Source of the DNA: a virus
DNA length: 52,082 bases
Virus record (IMG/VR): IMGVR_UViG_3300045988_090625
Reading direction: 5' to 3' (one strand)
Translations under genes and position numbers: made by a program
Shown here: one piece after another, positions 7,266-14,256 of the stretch
Numbering within the stretch: the first letter of the stretch is position 1
Layout: every line of letters begins with the position of its first letter
The notes under the pieces: model-generated
What the model saw: only the letters and a program-made list of their open reading frames with translations
Databases searched by the model: none
What the model was told of the DNA's origin: nothing

Positions 7266-7631
7266 ATGTTAATAAGTGAAAAAGTGCTTGAAAAAACATT
7301 TACAGCAGAAAAGATGAAAGATGCTTATTTGAAAGCATGTAAGTGGGTAAGCAGTAACATTATTGCAATAAACAATTTTGAAAATGTGACAATTAAATAT
7401 GTGAAACAGTCCGAGGGGGTAGTTAAAACAGTAAAGGTTATATTGTATATTACGACAGAAGAAAAAGAAGTGTTTGAAAGGACATGCAACATTTGCAGAG
7501 AGTGTTCATCATTATTTTATTTAGCAGAAAACAAAAACAAATGTGCAAGTTGTGCAATAGAACCATATAGAAAAAGGGAACTTGAAAAGTTGAAAAACAT
7601 AAAAGAAGGATTGAAAGGGAAAATATTATGA
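7266..7631 (+). CDS. Hypothetical protein with C-terminal CxxC...CxxC
   Basis: 121 aa; 'CNICREC...CASCA'. Confidence 0.6.
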   Translation: MLISEKVLEKTFTAEKMKDAYLKACKWVSSNIIAINNFENVTIKYVKQSEGVVKTVKVILYITTEEKEVFERTCNICRECSSLFYLAENKNKCASCAIEPYRKRELEKLKNIKEGLKGKIL

Positions 7632-8047
7632 AATACTGGGTTGAAACAAAAGAAAAGAAACAGAAAAGAAACATTAAGAGCATTTTAAAACAAACATTGA
7701 TTGAACAAACAAACATTATATGCTCATTTATGAAACCAACAAACATTGCAATCATGGTTCAGTTCCTTGTACCTTGTTTTTTGGTAGCGTTAGGATGCAG
7801 TTATGTTACAGCATTAGTAGTGAGTGCCATTACAACGTATTTAACGGCTTATTTAAGGGTTTTAAATGATGTAATGAAAGAAAGTACCAATCATATACCA
7901 ATACCGCCTAGAAAGTTCATAGAAGTTGATAGGGATGGCTTTATAGGATTAAAGAATAAGAATGAAATGCCAGAACTATTACAATATCTGTATGAATTAG
8001 AAACATATTTAGAAAGTAAAGGACGTATTAATAATGGGACGGATTAA
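7628..8047 (+). CDS. Predicted membrane protein
   Basis: 139 aa; hydrophobic stretch 'IAIMVQFLVPCFLVALGCSYVTALVVSAITTYLTAYL'; ATGA overlap with upstream gene. Confidence 0.6.
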   Translation: MKYWVETKEKKQKRNIKSILKQTLIEQTNIICSFMKPTNIAIMVQFLVPCFLVALGCSYVTALVVSAITTYLTAYLRVLNDVMKESTNHIPIPPRKFIEVDRDGFIGLKNKNEMPELLQYLYELETYLESKGRINNGTD

Positions 8048-8207
8048 TAGTGCGCCATGTTTGAAGTGTTCAGATAGAAAAATAGGATGTCATGGCGTAT
8101 GTGTGGATTATATAGAATTTCAGAAAAAACAAAAGCAATTAAGAAAATCAAAAGAAACAGAAAGAATAAAAAGGTCAGCAACATTTAGACCAAAATATTT
8201 TAAATAA
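8034..8207 (+). CDS. Small Cys-rich basic protein (57 aa; below the ORF-track cutoff)
   Basis: My translation: MGRINSAPCLKCSDRKIGCHGVCVDYIEFQKKQKQLRKSKETERIKRSATFRPKYFK; AAGGA 10 nt upstream. Confidence 0.5.
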   Translation: MGRINSAPCLKCSDRKIGCHGVCVDYIEFQKKQKQLRKSKETERIKRSATFRPKYFK

Positions 8208-8233
8208 AAATCACATTTCAAACAAAATAATAG

Positions 8234-8262
8234 TTGACAAACAAATAGAATAGCAGTATAAT
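8234..8262 (+). promoter_or_regulatory. Sigma70-like promoter (consensus TTGACA-N17-TATAAT)
   Basis: TTGACA 8234-8239, TATAAT 8257-8262. Confidence 0.65.
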
Positions 8263-8265
8263 AAA

Positions 8266-8342
8266 GGCAGGTAATAGGAAAGGGCATAAAAAGGATGAAT
8301 GTCTGAGAAAAGGGTAGCCTATAAATACCTGCCTTTTATTTT
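8266..8342 (+). terminator. Structured ~70-nt leader ending in an intrinsic terminator
   Basis: GGCAGGTA(8266-8273)/TACCTGCC(8326-8333) plus TAGG(8275-8278)/CCTA(8318-8321), then TTTTATTTT; starts 4 nt after the -10. Confidence 0.65.
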
Positions 8343-8386
8343 AGAAAACAGTGCAGTGTTCCAATATTAAAAAGGAGCATTAAAAC

Positions 8387-8962
8387 ATGGGAAAAAGAAA
8401 AGGACAAGCACCAGTAACTTACCTTGATGGGACGTTAGACAAATATAATTTGAAAAACAGAACACCAGAAGAAAGGAAAGCATTTGCAAAGAAAGGTGCA
8501 GAAACAAGAAAAAAGAACAAAGAAGAAAAACTGGCATTGCAGAAAGTAATGCGAACATTGTTAAGCATGAGAGTAAGTTCTGATAAACAAAAACAGGTTT
8601 TAAAACAAATCGGTTTTGAAGATTCAGAACTAACAAACAAAACATTGCTCATGACAGCATTATTCAAAAAAGGATTAACAGGTGATGTTAGTGCAATCAA
8701 AGAAATAACAGATATGATGGACAAGTTAGAGTTGTTCGAAAGTGGAAAGGATGTAAGACAGCAACCGGTGATTATCAATCTTGTACCAACAGGAGAACCA
8801 ACACCAATAACAGAACAAGACGAACAGGACATCTGGAAAGCAGAGAACGGTATTCCATTAACAGATACAAAAAATATGGAAGAATGGAACACAGATGATT
8901 CTGAAATATGGAACGAAGAAGTAAACGAAGATGACTGGGGAAATGAAGTATATGACGGTTAA
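8387..8962 (+). CDS. terS: Putative terminase small subunit
   Basis: 191 aa; basic N-terminus, 'TLLMTALFKKGLTGDVSAIKEI' resembles Firmicutes-phage TerS helices, acidic C-terminus. Separated from terL by 3.3 kb. Confidence 0.5.
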   Translation: MGKRKGQAPVTYLDGTLDKYNLKNRTPEERKAFAKKGAETRKKNKEEKLALQKVMRTLLSMRVSSDKQKQVLKQIGFEDSELTNKTLLMTALFKKGLTGDVSAIKEITDMMDKLELFESGKDVRQQPVIINLVPTGEPTPITEQDEQDIWKAENGIPLTDTKNMEEWNTDDSEIWNEEVNEDDWGNEVYDG

Positions 8963-9120
8963 TAAAAGTGCTTTATAAAGCATTTAAAAGCCCATATACA
9001 GATTTTTTATTATACAGGTATATAAGTGTAAAGTAAAAGAAATAAAACCCTTATATAAAGCGTATAATAAATAACAAATATATTTCCTAAAACAGTAATA
9101 AAACAGGAGAACATAAAACA

Positions 9121-9765
9121 ATGGAACAATTAAACATTAAATATAAACCAATAAAGGAATTAAAACCTTATAAGAAAAACGCAAAGAAACATCCGAAAGA
9201 ACAGGTTGAAAGAATTATGAACAGTATTAAGCAGTTCGGGTTCTTTGAACACAGGGCAGTAGCAATTGACAAAGACGATTATGTGGTTGAAGGTCATGGA
9301 AGAATACTTGCGGCAAAGAAAGCAGGACTTACACAAGTGCCTACAATCTGTTTAGATGATATGACTGAGGAACAAATAAAAGCATGGCGTTTGATTGAAA
9401 ACAAAACAGCAGAATCAAGTTATGACGAAACATTGATTAATGAAGAAATCAACGAACTTCTAAAATCAGACATTGACATGGAAGTGTTTGGATTTAGTAT
9501 TGATGCACTGGAAGATGAAACAATAGAAGTTGAACCAGATGTACCATTCACAGAGATATTGAACGAAGAGAACAATTACATTGTGTTGAAGTTCAATAAC
9601 AAGATTGATTGGCTCAATGCTATGGGATTGTTTGGAATCGAGAAAGCAAAGGCGTACCCAACAAAGAAGGAAGGGAACAAGAAGTCATTCGGTATGCGAG
9701 CAGGAGTAGGAAGGGTGCTAGACGGACAGAAAGCGTTAGAAAGGGTGCAGGGTAATGAAGTATAA
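9121..9765 (+). CDS. ParB-like nuclease domain protein
   Basis: 'KPIKELKPYKKNAKKHPKEQVERIMNSIKQFGF...VVEGHGRILAAKKAGLTQVP' matches the ParB N-terminal domain pattern. Confidence 0.8.
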   Translation: MEQLNIKYKPIKELKPYKKNAKKHPKEQVERIMNSIKQFGFFEHRAVAIDKDDYVVEGHGRILAAKKAGLTQVPTICLDDMTEEQIKAWRLIENKTAESSYDETLINEEINELLKSDIDMEVFGFSIDALEDETIEVEPDVPFTEILNEENNYIVLKFNNKIDWLNAMGLFGIEKAKAYPTKKEGNKKSFGMRAGVGRVLDGQKALERVQGNEV

Positions 9766-10564
9766 GGGGAAAGAAATCATTGTTGCTTGTCCGTCTTATA
9801 AACGGTATAAGGTGGAGACGCTAAGTTATATTCCTTTCTGTAAAGTTTATGTTGCACCAGAAGAGTATGAAGCATATCTGGATTTCAACCCGAAACATAC
9901 AGAAAACATTGTGAAGTGTCCGAAAGGTGTACAGGGAAATCTGTGCAGAGTAAGGAACTACATTCTTGATACAGAATTTGAAAATGGTGCAGACATTGTG
10001 TTATTGATTGATGATGATTTAAGAGCCATAGAACATTTTGAAATGTCAGATGATGGAACATATGCGTATGAGAAAGTAAAAGTAAAATCAGATGAATTAC
10101 TAGACTTCTTATATCGTTATTCCTTATTGTGCCATGATTGGGGTTTTAAATTTTGGGGATTGAATTGTAATAGTGATACAATGTCCTATCGGCAGTATTC
10201 TCCATTCAGCACCACATCCTATATAGGTGGTCCGTTCCAGTGTTTCTTAAAAGGGAATGAGCTTAGATATGATGAAAGATTACCGTTGAAAGAAGATTAT
10301 GACATGACCTTACAGAACATGAACCTGTATAGAGGTGCATTGCGGTTAAACAAATATCATTATGTTTGTAGACAGTCAGAACAAAAGGGCGGTTGTGCAA
10401 TGTACCGTAATATGGAAAGGGAAAAAGAACAGTTTGAGTTGTTGAGGCAGAAATGGGGAAGCAACATAGTAAGACTGGACACATCAAACAAAGGACGAAG
10501 CAAAAAGAACAGAAAGTATATAGACTATAATCCGATTATTAAGATACCAATAAAAGGCATATAG
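9755..10564 (+). CDS. Putative GT-A-fold glycosyltransferase
   Basis: 269 aa; 'ADIVLLIDDDL' DxD-type motif, 'LKEDYD' second acidic motif; overlaps the ParB-like gene by 11 nt. Confidence 0.5.
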   Translation: MKYKGKEIIVACPSYKRYKVETLSYIPFCKVYVAPEEYEAYLDFNPKHTENIVKCPKGVQGNLCRVRNYILDTEFENGADIVLLIDDDLRAIEHFEMSDDGTYAYEKVKVKSDELLDFLYRYSLLCHDWGFKFWGLNCNSDTMSYRQYSPFSTTSYIGGPFQCFLKGNELRYDERLPLKEDYDMTLQNMNLYRGALRLNKYHYVCRQSEQKGGCAMYRNMEREKEQFELLRQKWGSNIVRLDTSNKGRSKKNRKYIDYNPIIKIPIKGI

Positions 10565-10571
10565 CAGAGAG

Positions 10572-10598
10572 GGGCAGAACATTGTTTCTGTCCTTTTT
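10572..10598 (+). terminator. Intrinsic terminator
   Basis: GGGCAGAA(10572-10579)/TTCTGTCC(10586-10593) with one G-U, loop CATTGT, then TTTTT. Confidence 0.7.
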
Positions 10599-10627
10599 AT
10601 TTTATTATAAAATATTTACAATAACTG

Positions 10628-10655
10628 TTGACTTTCTGCTATGTTGTGTTATAAT
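10628..10655 (+). promoter_or_regulatory. Sigma70-like promoter
   Basis: TTGACT 10628-10633, 16-nt spacer, TGTTATAAT ending 10655. Confidence 0.55.
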
Positions 10656-10704
10656 ATAATCATCAAAGGAAATAAGAAAACAAAAAAGAGAAGGAGAGAA
10701 AACA

Positions 10705-10857
10705 ATGAAGAAAGAGTTTATCAAAAACAATAATTTAACAGGAATGGTTAGAGAACTTGTTGAGGGTTTGGGAATGAACAGTGTAGATGCAATTGAATAT
10801 GTTTATGATATGAAAACAATGAGCAATGAAGAGTTTGCTAAAAAATATTTAAAATAA
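10705..10857 (+). CDS. Small hypothetical protein (50 aa; not in track)
   Basis: MKKEFIKNNNLTGMVRELVEGLGMNSVDAIEYVYDMKTMSNEEFAKKYLK; GAAGGAGAG RBS; own promoter. Confidence 0.6.
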   Translation: MKKEFIKNNNLTGMVRELVEGLGMNSVDAIEYVYDMKTMSNEEFAKKYLK

Positions 10858-10860
10858 TTA

Positions 10861-10888
10861 TTGACATAGCAACAAAAGGAGATACAGT
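10861..10888 (+). promoter_or_regulatory. Sigma70-like promoter (weaker -10 TACAGT)
   Basis: TTGACA 10861-10866, 16-nt spacer, TACAGT 10883-10888. Confidence 0.45.
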
Positions 10889-10936
10889 TTAACAAAAGAA
10901 GAATTTGAAGCATTGTAGTAAATAGGGGGTAGCAAA

Positions 10937-11098
10937 ATGAATGATACACAGAAGAATTATAACATATTGTTAGATGCAATTAAAACAAACAATATTAGTG
11001 CAGAGGATTTACTTGATGCATTTACAAATTGGCATGGGTTACAGTTATTAGATGATGATTTCATTGAGTTTTTAAAAGATGAACAAATTATCTATTAA
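10937..11098 (+). CDS. Small hypothetical protein (53 aa; not in track)
   Basis: MNDTQKNYNILLDAIKTNNISAEDLLDAFTNWHGLQLLDDDFIEFLKDEQIIY; AGGGGG RBS 7 nt upstream. Confidence 0.6.
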   Translation: MNDTQKNYNILLDAIKTNNISAEDLLDAFTNWHGLQLLDDDFIEFLKDEQIIY

Positions 11099-11102
11099 AC
11101 TG

Positions 11103-11131
11103 TTGACAAAACAAAACATAGATGGTATAAT
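11103..11131 (+). promoter_or_regulatory. Sigma70-like promoter
   Basis: TTGACA 11103-11108, N17, TATAAT 11126-11131. 18-mer TTGACAAAACAAAACATA is identical to promoter 50897. Confidence 0.65.
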
Positions 11132-11177
11132 AAAGTTACAAAGTTGATAGAGAACAAACATTGAAGGAGTAGAGATT

Positions 11178-11321
11178 ATGGTACAGGTTGCATCATTGTT
11201 AAGGAGAGGACAGTATAAGAGAGCTGAAAGAGAGGCGTTTAGACGCAGGATAAATTATTTTGATTTTACGGAGCTTGTAAAAAGGTTCTATAAAGGTTCT
11301 ATTGATGATATAGAACTATAA
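11178..11321 (+). CDS. Small basic hypothetical protein (47 aa; not in track)
   Basis: MVQVASLLRRGQYKRAEREAFRRRINYFDFTELVKRFYKGSIDDIEL; AAGGAG RBS 8 nt upstream. Confidence 0.55.
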   Translation: MVQVASLLRRGQYKRAEREAFRRRINYFDFTELVKRFYKGSIDDIEL

Positions 11322-11343
11322 ACAAATAGGAGGGTGTTAAAAC

Positions 11344-11538
11344 ATGGTAATTAATGATTTAATGGATTTAATTAAAAAGTTGTTTGGTAATCATTATGAG
11401 AAGGTCACTGTTATTGATTCAGGTGATAGAACTGAGCATAAAGTGGAAGAAATGACAGTTAAGGAACTGAAAAGTTATGACATAAACAAAATAGACGAGA
11501 TAACAGCATATGGGGGTGATATATATATTTACTTTTAA
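11344..11538 (+). CDS. Hypothetical protein
   Basis: 64-aa ORF, TAGGAGGG RBS. Confidence 0.65.
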   Translation: MVINDLMDLIKKLFGNHYEKVTVIDSGDRTEHKVEEMTVKELKSYDINKIDEITAYGGDIYIYF

Positions 11539-11640
11539 AACAATTTGACAGGTGGTTAAAGTCATTAAAACACATTACAATAAAATCCCTTTCCAAGTTG
11601 TGGTGAGTAATCAAACACTGGCAGATGAAAGCCACAACAT

Positions 11641-11711
11641 TGCCCTATGGTGTAAAGGTAGCACACAAGAATTTGACTCTTGTAATACTGGTTCGATTCC
11701 AGTTAGGGTAG
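11641..11711 (+). tRNA. tRNA-Gln (anticodon UUG)
   Basis: Hand-folded cloverleaf. Acceptor TGCCCTA/TAGGGTA (U1-A72, G73 as in bacterial tRNA-Gln). D stem GTGT/GCAC. Anticodon stem CAAGA/TCTTG with loop AT-TTG-AC. T arm ACTGG-TTCGATT-CCAGT. No encoded CCA. Confidence 0.85.
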
Positions 11712-11715
11712 TTAT

Positions 11716-11787
11716 GGGGAAGTGGCGCAGTGGTAGCGCATTGGTCTTATAAACCAGTGGTCATGGGTTCGATTCCTTTCTTCCTAT
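11716..11787 (+). tRNA. Putative tRNA-Ile (anticodon UAU), imperfect stems
   Basis: D arm GCGC-AGTGGTA-GCGC. Anticodon stem TTGGT/ACCAG with loop CT-TAT-AA. T loop TTCGATT. T stem has one U-U mismatch; acceptor GGGGAAG/CTTCCTA has G1-A72 mismatch and G2-U71. Confidence 0.55.
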
Positions 11788-11839
11788 TAGGCGAAAGCCT
11801 TGGAACATATTAACAAAGAACAAATAAGGAGAAACAAAC

Positions 11840-12187
11840 ATGGAAAACAAAGAAGTAAAAACAAACGTAACAAATGAAGAATTAATGCAGAAAGTTGTAG
11901 GTCTTGAAAAAGAGCTTAAAAGAGCAAATTCAAACATTGCACTTGCATTAACAACATTGACAACAGTGTATGCATATGAACAGACTAAGTTAAAACAGAA
12001 AGTAAAAGAAGGAACTGCAACAAACACAGAAAAAGAAATCAACAGATTATACAAGTATGCAGACATTGCAATAAATGGAGCAGTAAAAGAACAGCAGAGC
12101 AAAATGCTTAAAGAATTAAAAGAAAATGGTGAACTTGAAGCGTTTGAAAGTTTCAGCAGTATTATTGATTCAATTTTTGGATTTTAG
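11840..12187 (+). CDS. Hypothetical coiled-coil protein
   Basis: 115-aa ORF, AAGGAG RBS, K/E-rich heptad-like sequence. Confidence 0.65.
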   Translation: MENKEVKTNVTNEELMQKVVGLEKELKRANSNIALALTTLTTVYAYEQTKLKQKVKEGTATNTEKEINRLYKYADIAINGAVKEQQSKMLKELKENGELEAFESFSSIIDSIFGF

Positions 12188-12190
12188 GCA

Positions 12191-12220
12191 TTGACAAACA
12201 TAAAGCAAATATGATATAAT
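12191..12220 (+). promoter_or_regulatory. Sigma70-like promoter
   Basis: TTGACA 12191-12196, 18-nt spacer, TATAAT 12215-12220. Confidence 0.55.
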
Positions 12221-12233
12221 AAAAGAAACAAAG

Positions 12234-12264
12234 GGCAGGTACATAAATGATGTATCTGTCTTTT
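12234..12264 (+). terminator. Terminator-like hairpin in the terL leader
   Basis: GGCAGGTACAT(12234-12244)/ATGTATCTGTC(12250-12260), 11 bp with two G-U, loop AAATG, then TTTT. Confidence 0.6.
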
Positions 12265-12298
12265 GTGGTATTATAAAAACAAAGTGAGGTAAACAAAA

Positions 12299-13648
12299 AT
12301 GCAAGCAGATATTAAAGTATCTGAGCGTTTTGCATCATTTTTAACAGATTGGGATTATACAGAGTATTTGCTTATAGGTGGGTATGGAAGTGGGAAGAGT
12401 TACCACATCGCATTAAAGTTTATTTTAAAACTATTGGAAGAAAAGCGGACAGCATTGGTAGTTAGACAGGTAAAGGAAACAATCAAAGATTCATGTTTTG
12501 CACTGTTTAAAGATATACTTGAAACAATGAACATGCTTTCTGATACAACAACAAATAAAACAAAAGCCATAGATGGAAAAGTAATAGCAGTTAGTTCTCC
12601 AATGGAGATAAGATTTCCAAACGGTTCAAAAATCATATTTAGAGGTGTTGACAATCCAGAGAAATTAAAGTCAATTCATGGAGTTTCAATGGTTTGGATT
12701 GAAGAGTGTTCAGAAGTAAGATATGATGCTTATACAGAACTATTAGGACGTATTAGGACACCAAACAAAACATTATACACGTTTCTGTCTTGTAATCCAG
12801 TAGGGAAAGAAAACTGGGTTTACAATACGTTCTTTACACATTTGGAAGAAAACGGAGAAACAACAGTTATTTGTGATGAAAATAGATTTTACAGGGCAGG
12901 GACATTGGTCATAAATGGAACATACTATCATCATAGTGTACCAACAGATAATCCATTTTTACCAAAAGCCTATATTGAAAGATTGGATAAATTAAAAATG
13001 TCCGACCCTCGTTTATGGGTAGTAGCAAGGTGGGGACGTTTTGGTGCTAATGGAACAAGAGTTTTACCACAGTTTGAAATTGCTAGAAATTCAAAACAGT
13101 TTGTAAATGCAGTAAACAGTATTACATCACAGTATCACTTCTTTGGTTTGGACTTTGGATTTGAAACATCATACAATGCACTTATAAGTTGTTGTGTTGA
13201 TGATGCAAACAAAATCTTGTACATCTATGATGAAGTATACAGAAACAAAATAACAGACGATAAATTCAGCAATCTTGATTCTGTAAATAAAACAATGGAA
13301 CGTGCAGAAAGATGTAACAAACCAATATGTGCAGATAGTGCTGAGCCTAAAACAATCCAGTATTATAGACAGCAAGGTTTTAACATGTATGGATGTAAAA
13401 AATACATTGGAAGTAGGTTGGCAAATACAAAGAAAATAAAACGATTCAACAGAATAGTATGCTCACCAAAATGTAAAAACACTATAAGGGAATTAAAGGA
13501 CTTAACCTATGCAAAGGATTCAAAAGGAAATGCTGTTTATGATGAATTTAATATTGACCCACATACATTTTCTGCTTTGTGGTATGCGTTAGATACATAT
13601 ACAGTAGCCGATATAAAGGAAATAAAGACGAATAGCAAGGCAGGATGA
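12299..13648 (+). CDS. terL: Terminase large subunit (PBSX/XtmB-like)
   Basis: Walker A 'GGYGSGKS', Walker B-like 'MVWIEECSE', C-terminal nuclease-type acidic motifs 'GLDFGF', 'CADSAEP'; 449 aa. Confidence 0.9.
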   Translation: MQADIKVSERFASFLTDWDYTEYLLIGGYGSGKSYHIALKFILKLLEEKRTALVVRQVKETIKDSCFALFKDILETMNMLSDTTTNKTKAIDGKVIAVSSPMEIRFPNGSKIIFRGVDNPEKLKSIHGVSMVWIEECSEVRYDAYTELLGRIRTPNKTLYTFLSCNPVGKENWVYNTFFTHLEENGETTVICDENRFYRAGTLVINGTYYHHSVPTDNPFLPKAYIERLDKLKMSDPRLWVVARWGRFGANGTRVLPQFEIARNSKQFVNAVNSITSQYHFFGLDFGFETSYNALISCCVDDANKILYIYDEVYRNKITDDKFSNLDSVNKTMERAERCNKPICADSAEPKTIQYYRQQGFNMYGCKKYIGSRLANTKKIKRFNRIVCSPKCKNTIRELKDLTYAKDSKGNAVYDEFNIDPHTFSALWYALDTYTVADIKEIKTNSKAG

Positions 13649-13683
13649 TAAAGTATAAGGGTGAATGATTAAAACCGCTTAAA

Positions 13684-13962
13684 ATGGCAAATATGAAGTT
13701 AGAGAGGTATTCTAAAATGTTAAAAAATGCAAACAAAAAATTAGAACAGATTAAAACATTTAAAAATGTACAGGAGAATAATTTAGAAGATAATTACATG
13801 GTAGGTCTGTATAATGGTATGGAATTAGCAGTATCAATCTTGGAGGATAGAAAGCCTAAATACAAATCATGTATAAACAAAACAGAAGTAATTGAAACAA
13901 AGGAAACAAAACAAAGTAAAGGTCGTACAGTGTTTAGTGGAGAAAGGAGAATAAGCAAATGA
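13684..13962 (+). CDS. Hypothetical protein
   Basis: 92-aa ORF after terL. Confidence 0.6.
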   Translation: MANMKLERYSKMLKNANKKLEQIKTFKNVQENNLEDNYMVGLYNGMELAVSILEDRKPKYKSCINKTEVIETKETKQSKGRTVFSGERRISK

Positions 13963-14237
13963 AAGATGTAAAACAGTTAAATTTAACAGCAGGAAAACAA
14001 ACATTATTTGAAATGAAATTAAAGCGTTCACAGTTTTTGGTGAAGAATTTTACAAGCAATCAAATTACAGTAAAGCTCGGAGACAATGATTCTTACAGTG
14101 TAATTGGTGCAGGAAGTTGGGAGCGTATATTTAACAATGTGGAAGATAAAACAACAGGAATGGCAGAAGCAACAAACATTGTTAAGATTACAGCGGTAGA
14201 AGGTGGGCTCGTTGAGGTTGCAAGTGTTGATTTTTAA
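13959..14237 (+). CDS. Hypothetical beta-rich protein preceding the fibre gene
   Basis: 92-aa ORF, ATGA overlap with upstream gene. Confidence 0.6.
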   Translation: MKDVKQLNLTAGKQTLFEMKLKRSQFLVKNFTSNQITVKLGDNDSYSVIGAGSWERIFNNVEDKTTGMAEATNIVKITAVEGGLVEVASVDF

Positions 14238-14256
14238 AAAAGGCAGGTGAAGCATT

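Noticed and set aside
11545-11581. TTGACA at 11545-11550 as promoter for the tRNA pair
   Set aside because: There is no acceptable -10 hexamer at 16-18 nt spacing; TACAAT is 25 nt away. The tRNAs may be transcribed by read-through from promoter 11103.
11598-11639. GTTGTGG...CCACAAC 7-bp stem with 28-nt loop abutting the 5' end of tRNA-Gln; considered as a third tRNA or tRNA-like element
   Set aside because: It is too short for a cloverleaf and has no D, anticodon or T-arm signatures. It may be a processing hairpin, but I cannot support any call.
11552-11752. 66-aa + strand ORF in the track
   Set aside because: It runs straight through the two tRNA genes, starts at a non-ATG codon inside a promoter-like region, and has no RBS.
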